Shown here: positions 10,094-16,754 of the stretch, piece after piece
Layout: each line of letters starts with the position of its first letter
How positions within the stretch are numbered: position 1 is the stretch's first letter
NCBI GenBank assembly: GCA_017941235.1
Contig: JAGAWU010000025.1
Span: 29,860-93,859 of the forward strand
DNA length: 64,000 nt
Direction of reading: 5' to 3'
Source: Bacilli bacterium
GTDB lineage: Bacteria; Bacillota_I; Bacilli_A; RF39; UBA660
Notes under the pieces: model-generated
Database searches by the model: none
Told to the model about the DNA's origin: nothing
What the model saw: only the letters and a program-made list of their open reading frames with translations
Translations under genes and position numbers: made by a program

Positions 10094-10109
10094 TGTTCCA
10101 CGTGGAACA
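10094..10109. other. parS: parS (ParB/Spo0J binding site) copy 1
   Basis: TGTTCCACGTGGAACA, lying inside the 20-bp perfect palindrome 10092-10111. It matches the B. subtilis consensus TGTTNCACGTGAAACA except for one position, and that change makes it perfectly symmetric. Confidence 0.85.
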
Positions 10110-10116
10110 TAAAAAA

Positions 10117-10132
10117 TATTTCCCGGGAAATA
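10117..10132. other. Noc-binding-site (NBS)-type palindrome copy 1
   Basis: TATTTCCCGGGAAATA, inside the 26-bp perfect palindrome 10112-10137. It contains the full B. subtilis NBS consensus ATTTCCCGGGAAAT and starts 7 nt after parS copy 1. Confidence 0.75.
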
Positions 10133-10265
10133 TTTTTCAACAGCTATTATCTATATATTATTCTTTATTTGAAATTGTCTTATAATATTATTATTAGTTA
10201 AGTAAATATGGAAGTGTGATTGAATATTTATGGATAATAATTATTTTTTTATAAACAAATCCTAA

Positions 10266-10281
10266 TGTTCCACGTGGAACA
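10266..10281. other. parS: parS copy 2
   Basis: TGTTCCACGTGGAACA, inside the 20-bp palindrome 10264-10283. Confidence 0.85.
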
Positions 10282-10287
10282 TTAAAA

Positions 10288-10296
10288 ATATCCACA
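10288..10296 (+). promoter_or_regulatory. DnaA-box-like 9-mer next to parS copy 2
   Basis: ATATCCACA, 1 mismatch to TTATCCACA, lying 6 nt after parS. Confidence 0.4.
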
Positions 10297-10434
10297 GAAA
10301 TTATTAATAAATTATCTTTTGTTATGATATATTTATATTATTTAGTCTATTATTAAAGAATGTGTATTTTTAGTGATTATATTAACGTAAAAAAATATAT
10401 TATATATATAATTGCTTTGATTAATTATTAAAAA

Positions 10435-10450
10435 TATTTCCCGGGAAATA
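10435..10450. other. NBS-type palindrome copy 2
   Basis: TATTTCCCGGGAAATA, at the centre of the 36-bp perfect palindrome 10425-10460 (ttattaaaaatatttcccgggaaatatttttaataa). Confidence 0.75.
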
Positions 10451-10574
10451 TTTTTAATAACAATTATATTTATTTATAATTATTTTTATTAATTTTGCTT
10501 TATTTTTAGTAAATACAATAGTATGTTTGAATATTTTAAATATTTATTGTTTATTTTTTAATAAAAATTTCTGA

Positions 10575-10590
10575 TGTTCCACGTGGAACA
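10575..10590. other. parS: parS copy 3
   Basis: TGTTCCACGTGGAACA, inside the 18-bp palindrome 10574-10591. Confidence 0.85.
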
Positions 10591-10597
10591 TAAAAAA

Positions 10598-10606
10598 ATA
10601 TCCACA
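10598..10606 (+). promoter_or_regulatory. DnaA-box-like 9-mer next to parS copy 3
   Basis: ATATCCACA, 7 nt after parS. It occupies the same relative position as in the previous repeat unit. Confidence 0.4.
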
Positions 10607-10880
10607 GGTTTTATTAATAAAATATGATTTTTTTAAATTTTATTTGATATTATTTGCTCTATTATTAGAAAATGCGTAATTTTTGCGATTTATATTGATG
10701 AAATATATTGTTTTGTATATGTAATTAGTTTGATTAATTATAGGAAATATTTTACTGGCGTTTACATTTAGTTTATGCTATTTATATTTTTTTATAAATT
10801 AGCTATTATTTTGGTAAATTAGTTCAATAAGTTGATATGAATTGATAATTGTTATTTATTTTATTGTAAATAAATAATAA

Positions 10881-10896
10881 TGTTTCACGTGGAACA
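10881..10896. other. parS: parS copy 4
   Basis: TGTTTCACGTGGAACA. Its reverse complement, TGTTCCACGTGAAACA, is an exact match to the B. subtilis parS consensus. Confidence 0.85.
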
Positions 10897-10966
10897 TAGA
10901 AAATATTTTTGTTATGATTATTATATATAATATTATATATTTTTTTAAATTTTTAATTAATAGTTG

Positions 10967-10995
10967 TTGATAAAATATATTTTTTATATTAAAAT
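10967..10995 (+). promoter_or_regulatory. sigma-A-type promoter for SRP RNA / tadA
   Basis: TTGATA (10967-10972), a 17-nt spacer, then TAAAAT (10990-10995). This places the start about 6-8 nt upstream of the SRP RNA 5' stem. Confidence 0.5.
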
Positions 10996-10999
10996 ATAT

Positions 11000-11083
11000 G
11001 TGATGCAATAAATAGTTATGGAACCAGGTCAGAATCGGAAGATAGCAGCCTTAACATTTATTATTTATGTGCATCTTTTTTTT
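11000..11083 (+). ncRNA. ffs: small bacterial SRP RNA (4.5S/scRNA type)
   Basis: The core aaCCAGGUCAGAAUCGGAAGAUAGCAGCC (11022-11050) matches the universally conserved SRP domain IV (E. coli ACCAGGUCAGGUCCGGAAGGAAGCAGCC) with a GGAA tetraloop closed by AUC/GAU. The flanking arms gatgca.ataaata.gtta (11002-) and ttaac.atttat..tgcatc (-11075) pair to form the long hairpin, followed by a U-tract. Confidence 0.8.
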
Positions 11084-11092
11084 GGAGGAAAT

Positions 11093-11548
11093 ATGGAGAA
11101 AAGATTCATTATGATGGCTATAGAAGAGGCTAAGAAAGCTCTTGCAATGGGTGAAGTTCCAGTTGGTGCAGTAATTGTTAAAAATGGAGAAATTATAGCT
11201 AAAGCTTATAATAAGAAAGAAAAACTTTGTTGTGTTACTCAACATGCTGAGATAATAGCTATTGAAAAAGCTTCTAAGAAAATAGGTAATTGGCGATTAA
11301 ATGATTGTGATATATATATTACTTTAGAACCATGTCCTATGTGTGCAAGTGCAATCAAGCAGGCTAGAATTTCTAATATATATTGTGGGTTAAGTAACTC
11401 TGATAAAAATAATATAAATATTGTAAAATCTATATTAGATAAGGATAAAATTAATAACTCTTGTAATTATTATTGTGGATATTTTCAATTTGAAATAAAA
11501 AATATGATGAAAACTTTTTTTAAAAATGCTAGAAATAGAAATAATTAG
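11093..11548 (+). CDS. tadA: tRNA adenosine(34) deaminase
   Basis: Deaminase motifs HAEIIAIEKA and LEPCPMCASAI. The start is re-set to ATG 11093 (SD ggagga 11084-11089), because the ORF-track start at 11018 reads through the SRP RNA. Confidence 0.92.
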   Translation: MEKRFIMMAIEEAKKALAMGEVPVGAVIVKNGEIIAKAYNKKEKLCCVTQHAEIIAIEKASKKIGNWRLNDCDIYITLEPCPMCASAIKQARISNIYCGLSNSDKNNINIVKSILDKDKINNSCNYYCGYFQFEIKNMMKTFFKNARNRNN

Positions 11549-11584
11549 TATATATATGATATAATATGTTTAGAGGTGGGTTAT

Positions 11585-13306
11585 ATGTATCAAACTTTAT
11601 ATAGAAAGTATAGGCCTAAGGACTTTAATCAAGTCGTTGGTCAAGATGTTATTGTGAAAACTCTTAAAAATTCTATAAAAAATGGGAAAGTTAGTCATGC
11701 TTATATGTTTTTTGGGCCTAGAGGTGTCGGTAAAACTTCTATAGCAAAAATTTTTGCACGCACTATAAACTGTAATAATCAAGATGGTAATATTTGTAAT
11801 AATTGTAATGCTTGTATTTCTTCTTCTAATAAGGAATGTCTTGATATTATAGAGATTGATGCTGCATCTAATAATGGTGTGGATGAAATAAGAGAATTAA
11901 GGGATAAGGTTAGTCTTGTTCCTAGTGAATTGAAGTATAAGATTTATATAATTGATGAAGTACATATGCTTACAATACAAGCATTTAATGCTTTACTTAA
12001 AACTTTAGAGGAGCCACCAAGTCATGTTATTTTTATTTTAGCAACTACGGATCCACAAAAAGTTCCGGAAACTATTGTTTCGCGTTGTCAATGTTTTTCT
12101 TTTAATAGGATTTCTAATAATGATATTGTTTTAAATTTGAAGAAAATATGTGATGCTGAAAATATTGATGTTTCAGATGATGTTTTATTTAAAATATCAG
12201 AATTTTCTAATGGTGGAATGAGAGATTCTATAGGTATGCTTGATAAGTTGTATGCTTATTCTGATGATAAGATAACTATGGAGGATTTTATTAAGTTGAA
12301 TCGTATTGTCTCTAATGAAGATATTTTTAATTTGATTCAGTTTATAGATAATAATCAGATAGATGAAGTTGTAAATTTAATTAATGAGTGGGATAGTAAT
12401 GGAATAAATATTATTCAAATTATGGATAGTATATTAGAATTTTTGAAGAATATAATATTGTCAATTTTAAAGGGGGAGAATTCTAAGTTTTCAAGTGTAG
12501 ATAAGTTAATTGATTTAGCTAATCTAATTAACGAAAAAATGTTCGATTTAAAAAAATCTAATTCTCCAAAAATTTATATACAAATTTTGTTCTTAAATTT
12601 TATGAATAATTATCAAAATATCAGTAGAAATATTTCCCGGGAAATATTTTCTGCATCAAATGATAATAGTGACTTAATAAAACCTAAAGTTTTTGAAAAA
12701 AAATCTGAAAAGGAAACAGTAGTTACTGATGGAGATAATAATCCCAAAATGGAAAAGGTAGTTTCTATATTAGAAAAATCTCAAGATGAAGTTAATAAAG
12801 ATACCAAAGTATTAGGAAATAATTTAGAAAATTCTAATATAATTGATATTATGATGATTAGATTAAATAATACTTTAGCTGAAGCTGATAAAGCTGAATT
12901 ATTGAAAGATAAAAATTGCTTTGAAAAGCTAAATGATTTTGTTTTTGATCAGAATATAGGCTATTTAGTATGTAGTTTAATGGATGGCACGCTTAGAGTT
13001 TCAAGTAAGAAAAATATTATTTTAAGTTATGAGTATGATTCAATAGTTAAAGATAATTTATGCCATTTGGATGAATTTAATAAGATTTTAAATGAAAAGT
13101 TGGGTTTGAATAAGAAAATAGGTATAGTTACTGATTTGGTTTGGGAGAAAGAAAAGGCTAATTATATTTCAAAAATTAAAAATAATGATAAATATACCTA
13201 TGTAGAAGAACCAGATTTAGTGTATAATAAAGATGTTACATCTACTACTGAAAATGTTGATGATAATTCTATTGGCATTTTTGGTGATATTGTAGAGGTT
13301 GAATAG
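11585..13306 (+). CDS. dnaX: DNA polymerase III subunit tau (DnaX)
   Basis: Motifs: LYRKYRPKDFNQVVGQ, Walker A GPRGVGKTS, zinc module C..C..C, IIDEVHML, SRCQ. SD gaggtgg fits ATG 11585 better than GTG 11576. Confidence 0.95.
   Translation: MYQTLYRKYRPKDFNQVVGQDVIVKTLKNSIKNGKVSHAYMFFGPRGVGKTSIAKIFARTINCNNQDGNICNNCNACISSSNKECLDIIEIDAASNNGVDEIRELRDKVSLVPSELKYKIYIIDEVHMLTIQAFNALLKTLEEPPSHVIFILATTDPQKVPETIVSRCQCFSFNRISNNDIVLNLKKICDAENIDVSDDVLFKISEFSNGGMRDSIGMLDKLYAYSDDKITMEDFIKLNRIVSNEDIFNLIQFIDNNQIDEVVNLINEWDSNGINIIQIMDSILEFLKNIILSILKGENSKFSSVDKLIDLANLINEKMFDLKKSNSPKIYIQILFLNFMNNYQNISRNISREIFSASNDNSDLIKPKVFEKKSEKETVVTDGDNNPKMEKVVSILEKSQDEVNKDTKVLGNNLENSNIIDIMMIRLNNTLAEADKAELLKDKNCFEKLNDFVFDQNIGYLVCSLMDGTLRVSSKKNIILSYEYDSIVKDNLCHLDEFNKILNEKLGLNKKIGIVTDLVWEKEKANYISKIKNNDKYTYVEEPDLVYNKDVTSTTENVDDNSIGIFGDIVEVE
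12632..12645. other. NBS-type palindrome copy 3, inside the dnaX coding sequence
   Basis: ATTTCCCGGGAAAT, inside the 22-bp palindrome 12628-12649. It encodes part of ...NISRNISREIF... in the DnaX linker. Confidence 0.6.
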
Positions 13307-13323
13307 ATAGGAGGAATTATAAT

Positions 13324-13617
13324 ATGAATATGCAAGCTATGTTAAAACAGGCTCAAAATATGCAAAAGGAAATGTTGAGGGTTAAAGATGAAATAGATAA
13401 AACAACTTTTGAAGGTGAAAGTTCATTTGTTAGTGTAACTGTAAATGGTAAAAAAGAGATAGTAGATGTTGTTATAAATGCTGATGAAGTTGATAAAGAA
13501 GATTTAGATATGCTTTCTGATTTATTTGTTGTAGCTACTAATAATGCAATGAAAAAAGTAGATGAATATACAGAAAAGAAAATGGCAAAATTTGGTAATA
13601 TTCCAGGATTATTTTAG
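13324..13617 (+). CDS. ybaB: nucleoid-associated protein YbaB/EbfC
   Basis: 97 aa, starting MLKQAQNMQKEM, in the conserved dnaX-ybaB-recR arrangement. Confidence 0.92.
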   Translation: MNMQAMLKQAQNMQKEMLRVKDEIDKTTFEGESSFVSVTVNGKKEIVDVVINADEVDKEDLDMLSDLFVVATNNAMKKVDEYTEKKMAKFGNIPGLF

Positions 13618-13628
13618 GATATAGTATT

Positions 13629-14222
13629 ATGCCGGAGAGTATTAAAAGAGTTATAGAATCTTTTAAAATGTTACCTGGAGTAGGTGAAAAAACTGCTGAG
13701 AGATTAGCTTTTTCTATTTTGGATTTTGATGAGGATCAGATTGAACTGTTTTCTAGTAGTATTACTGAAGTAGGAGAAAAAATTAGAAAATGTAGCATTT
13801 GTAATAGTTTAACGGAAAATGATGTATGTGATATTTGTTTGGATAAAACAAGAAATCAGAATATTCTATGTGTTGTAGATGATGTTAAAAATGTTTTTAT
13901 ATTTGAAAAAATGGCTATGTTTAATGGGTATTATCATGTTTTAGATGGTTTAATTTCTCCTATGGATGGTGTTAATCCTGAGGATATTGGACTAGAAAGA
14001 TTATTGGATAGAATTCATAATGCTAATTTTAAAGAAGTAGTTTTTGCGTTTAATCCTAGTATTGAGGCTGAGACAACTTCTATGTATATAAAAAGAATTT
14101 TATCTGATTCTGGTTTAATATTTACTAGATTGGCAAGTGGTGTTCCTATGGGTGCAAATATGGAGTATATAGATAGTCTTACATTGGAGAGAGCACTTAA
14201 TGATAGAAAAGAAGTAGAATAA
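13629..14222 (+). CDS. recR: recombination protein RecR
   Basis: 197 aa. It has the LPGVGEKTAERLAF helix-hairpin-helix, a C4 zinc finger (C..C...C..C) and a Toprim domain. Confidence 0.95.
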   Translation: MPESIKRVIESFKMLPGVGEKTAERLAFSILDFDEDQIELFSSSITEVGEKIRKCSICNSLTENDVCDICLDKTRNQNILCVVDDVKNVFIFEKMAMFNGYYHVLDGLISPMDGVNPEDIGLERLLDRIHNANFKEVVFAFNPSIEAETTSMYIKRILSDSGLIFTRLASGVPMGANMEYIDSLTLERALNDRKEVE

Positions 14223-14260
14223 TATTATAATTAAATTCATAATTTTTTTTAGGTGATATT

Positions 14261-14446
14261 TTGAAGAAAATTATTGATGGGTTAAAAAGAATTATGTTTA
14301 GTTGTTTTTTATTATATGGTTATAATTTAATTGCTATAAATTTTAATTTGGTTATACCAATAAATATATTTACTATTTTATTTATAACTTTACTAGGTGC
14401 TCCTGGACTTTTTGCACTTGTTTTGTATAATTTATTTACTTTGTGA
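14261..14446 (+). CDS. bofA: BofA-family small membrane protein (pro-sigma-K processing inhibitor homologue)
   Basis: 61 aa with two TM segments. VIPINIFTILFITLLGAPGLFALV resembles B. subtilis BofA HIPINLVTTAISGILGIPGIAALV. It lies downstream of recR as in B. subtilis. It uses a TTG start after SD aggtga. Confidence 0.55.
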   Translation: MKKIIDGLKRIMFSCFLLYGYNLIAINFNLVIPINIFTILFITLLGAPGLFALVLYNLFTL

Positions 14447-14453
14447 GGTTATT

Positions 14454-15260
14454 ATGGAAGATGTATTTAAAGAACAACAAATTTTTTTTGATTTTATTAT
14501 TAATGAATTAAAAAATAAAAAAATTTCTCATGCTTATTTAATAGAAACATATGATTATGATAATATTGATAATTTAGTTACTGAATTACTAAAATTTTTG
14601 TTGTGTTCTGATAAATTAAATGATTATAGTCATGAGTGTAAAATTTGCCATTTAATAGATAAAAAAGAATATCCTGATATTAAGTATATAAGGCCTGATG
14701 GTTCTTCAATAAAAAAGGAACAACTTTTAAGTTTGATGGATGAATTTAAGAATAAATCTATGTATAATAACAAGCAAATATATGTTATTGAAGATGCTAC
14801 TAAGTTAAACCAAAGTTCTGCTAATACAATGTTAAAGTTTTTAGAAGAACCGGAAGAAAATATAATTGCAATACTTATTGCTAATAATAGATATAAAGTT
14901 ATTGATACTATTTTATCTAGATGTCAGGTCATTTCTTTACAAAAAAATGATAAATGCGAAGAATCTGAGGAGATAAATGAACTTTTAAATATTATTTGCG
15001 ATAATAATAAAAACTTCTTAGATTTAGATAAATTAATGGAAATAATACCTGATAGATTAAATGCATTAGATAAATTAAAACAAGCTGAAAAACTGTTATT
15101 TAATAGAATTAATAATAAATATTTGAATTTAACTTCAGCACAGATTATTTCAATAATTTCTATTATTGAAACAGTTATTGAAAGGCTAGAATTTAATGTT
15201 AATTATAAATTAATGATTGATTATATGCTTATTAGTGTTTTGGAGGTGACTAAACAGTGA
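14454..15260 (+). CDS. holB: DNA polymerase III delta' subunit
   Basis: Motifs: ISHAYL, a C..C..C.H-type zinc module, NTMLKFLEEP, SRCQ. ATG 14454 follows SD gaggt. The ORF-track start at 14397 overlaps bofA. Confidence 0.88.
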   Translation: MEDVFKEQQIFFDFIINELKNKKISHAYLIETYDYDNIDNLVTELLKFLLCSDKLNDYSHECKICHLIDKKEYPDIKYIRPDGSSIKKEQLLSLMDEFKNKSMYNNKQIYVIEDATKLNQSSANTMLKFLEEPEENIIAILIANNRYKVIDTILSRCQVISLQKNDKCEESEEINELLNIICDNNKNFLDLDKLMEIIPDRLNALDKLKQAEKLLFNRINNKYLNLTSAQIISIISIIETVIERLEFNVNYKLMIDYMLISVLEVTKQ

Positions 15261-16042
15261 AAACAGTTTTATATTCAAATGACTTTGTTGGTAAATTGTG
15301 TTCTTGCTCAGAATTTGAATTGAAAAGAGGTGATTTGATTGTTTTTGAGTCACCAAGTGGTATTTTTTTAGGAAATATATGTAGTGTAGTACATAATGAA
15401 AATAAAATTAGTAATGAATGTAGTATTCTTAGAATTGCAACAAAGAAGGATATTGAAAATAATAAATTAAATTCTGAAGAATGTATTGATGTATTGCAGG
15501 AAGCAAAAAAAGCTGCTCATAAGTTAGGACTTGATATGATTTTTGTTGAAGCTGTATATACTTTAGATAAGAAAAGGTTGTATATTTCATTTGTTGCTGA
15601 TAATAGAGTTGATTTTAGAGAATTGGCTAAGAGAATTGCGCAAAAGTATCATTCAAGAATTGAATTTAGACAAATTGGTGTAAGGGATAAAGCTAAAAAA
15701 ATAGGTGGAATTGGTCCTTGTGGATTAATGTTATGTTGTAATACTTTCTTATCTGATTTTGAAAGTGTATCAATAAATATGGCCAAAAATCAATTGCTTG
15801 CATTAAACCCAAATAAAATTAATGGTGTTTGTGGTAGATTAAAATGTTGTTTAAAATATGAAAATGATGTCTATAAGGAGAAAAGAAAAGACTTACCTAA
15901 AATAGGTAGTATATATGAGAATGAGAATGGAAAATTTAAAGTTATAGATATTGATATATTACAGGGAAAAATTAAATTAGAATCTGATAATAGAACTGTA
16001 ATTAACTATACATTAGAGGAATTCAATGAAACAATTAGATGA
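15257..16042 (+). CDS. ricT: PSP1-domain protein RicT/YaaT (stage 0 sporulation protein)
   Basis: 261 aa. PSP1 core reads RIEFRQIGVRDKAKKIGGIGPCGLMLCC..F and LNPNKINGVCGRLKCCLKYE. It follows holB as in B. subtilis. Confidence 0.88.
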   Translation: MKTVLYSNDFVGKLCSCSEFELKRGDLIVFESPSGIFLGNICSVVHNENKISNECSILRIATKKDIENNKLNSEECIDVLQEAKKAAHKLGLDMIFVEAVYTLDKKRLYISFVADNRVDFRELAKRIAQKYHSRIEFRQIGVRDKAKKIGGIGPCGLMLCCNTFLSDFESVSINMAKNQLLALNPNKINGVCGRLKCCLKYENDVYKEKRKDLPKIGSIYENENGKFKVIDIDILQGKIKLESDNRTVINYTLEEFNETIR

Positions 16043-16754
16043 TGTTTTAGGATATCCATTAAAAATTTATCAAGAGAGAAAATGGTTTTGTTTTTCTTTA
16101 GATAGTGTTTTACTTGCAAATTTTGTACCTATTAAAATGACGACAAAGAAAATAATGGATTTAGGAACGGGTAATGGAATTATTCCATTGATATTATCTC
16201 TTAGAACTAAATCTAGTATATATGGTATTGATATTCAAGAAGATTTGGTTAATCTTGCTAATGAATCAGTTATATATAACAAGTTGGGTTCTCAAGTTTT
16301 CATAAGTAATATGGATATAAAACAAATTAAAAATCATATAGAATTATTTAATTCTTTTGATTTAGTCGTTTCCAATCCTCCTTATTTTTATGATTATGAA
16401 ACTAGTTCAAAAAATCAAGAGATTCATAAAACTATAGCTAGACATGAAATTAAAATTAAATTAGATGATATTTTGTATTCTGCAAGTCTTATTCTTAAAG
16501 ATGGTGCAACATTTTCTATGATTAATAGGACTGATAGACTTATAGAAATATTGGAAACATTTAGAAAGTATAAAATTGAGCCTAAAAAAATTAAATTTAT
16601 ATATAAAAACTATAATTCTGAATCTAATATGGTGTATATAGAGGGAATTAAAAATGGTCATTGTGGTCTTAAAATATTATCACCATTTATTATTTATAAT
16701 TTAGACGGATCAAGTTCATTAGAGTATTTGAAAATATGTAAGAAGGTGTTATAA
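16026..16754 (+). CDS. tRNA (adenine-N6)-methyltransferase, TrmN6/YabB family
   Basis: 242 aa. It has the SAM motif DLGTGNGIIPL and the catalytic NPPYF, and sits in the YabB position. Confidence 0.8.
   Translation: MKQLDDVLGYPLKIYQERKWFCFSLDSVLLANFVPIKMTTKKIMDLGTGNGIIPLILSLRTKSSIYGIDIQEDLVNLANESVIYNKLGSQVFISNMDIKQIKNHIELFNSFDLVVSNPPYFYDYETSSKNQEIHKTIARHEIKIKLDDILYSASLILKDGATFSMINRTDRLIEILETFRKYKIEPKKIKFIYKNYNSESNMVYIEGIKNGHCGLKILSPFIIYNLDGSSSLEYLKICKKVL

Larger units (their letters stand above)
10092..10900. repeat. degenerate ~310-bp tandem repeat array (about 2 full units plus 2 partial) in the ORF-free gyrA-ffs spacer
   Basis: Units start at about 10092 (internally shortened), 10264, 10574 and 10880 (partial). 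Alignable blocks include ttattaataaa, tattattt..ctattatta.a.aatg.gta.ttttt, tttgattaattat and gtaaata...ttgaatattt. There are many substitutions and indels between units, but the palindromic sites are conserved. Confidence 0.85.

Noticed and set aside
10048-11000. Checked the long gyrA-ffs spacer for an rRNA/tRNA operon remnant, a CRISPR array or a mobile element
   Set aside because: No 16S/23S/5S or tRNA-like conserved strings are present. The repeats are about 310 bp and degenerate rather than short identical direct repeats with unique spacers. There is no transposase or integrase and no terminal inverted repeats other than the protein-site palindromes.
11018-11092. N-terminal 25 codons of the ORF-track tadA model
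   Set aside because: They translate through the SRP RNA hairpin and its U-tract. The proper SD and the conserved TadA N-terminus begin at ATG 11093.
14397-14453. Upstream extension of holB overlapping bofA
   Set aside because: The extension is the alternative frame of the bofA C-terminus. ATG 14454 has an SD (gaggt) and marks where homology begins.
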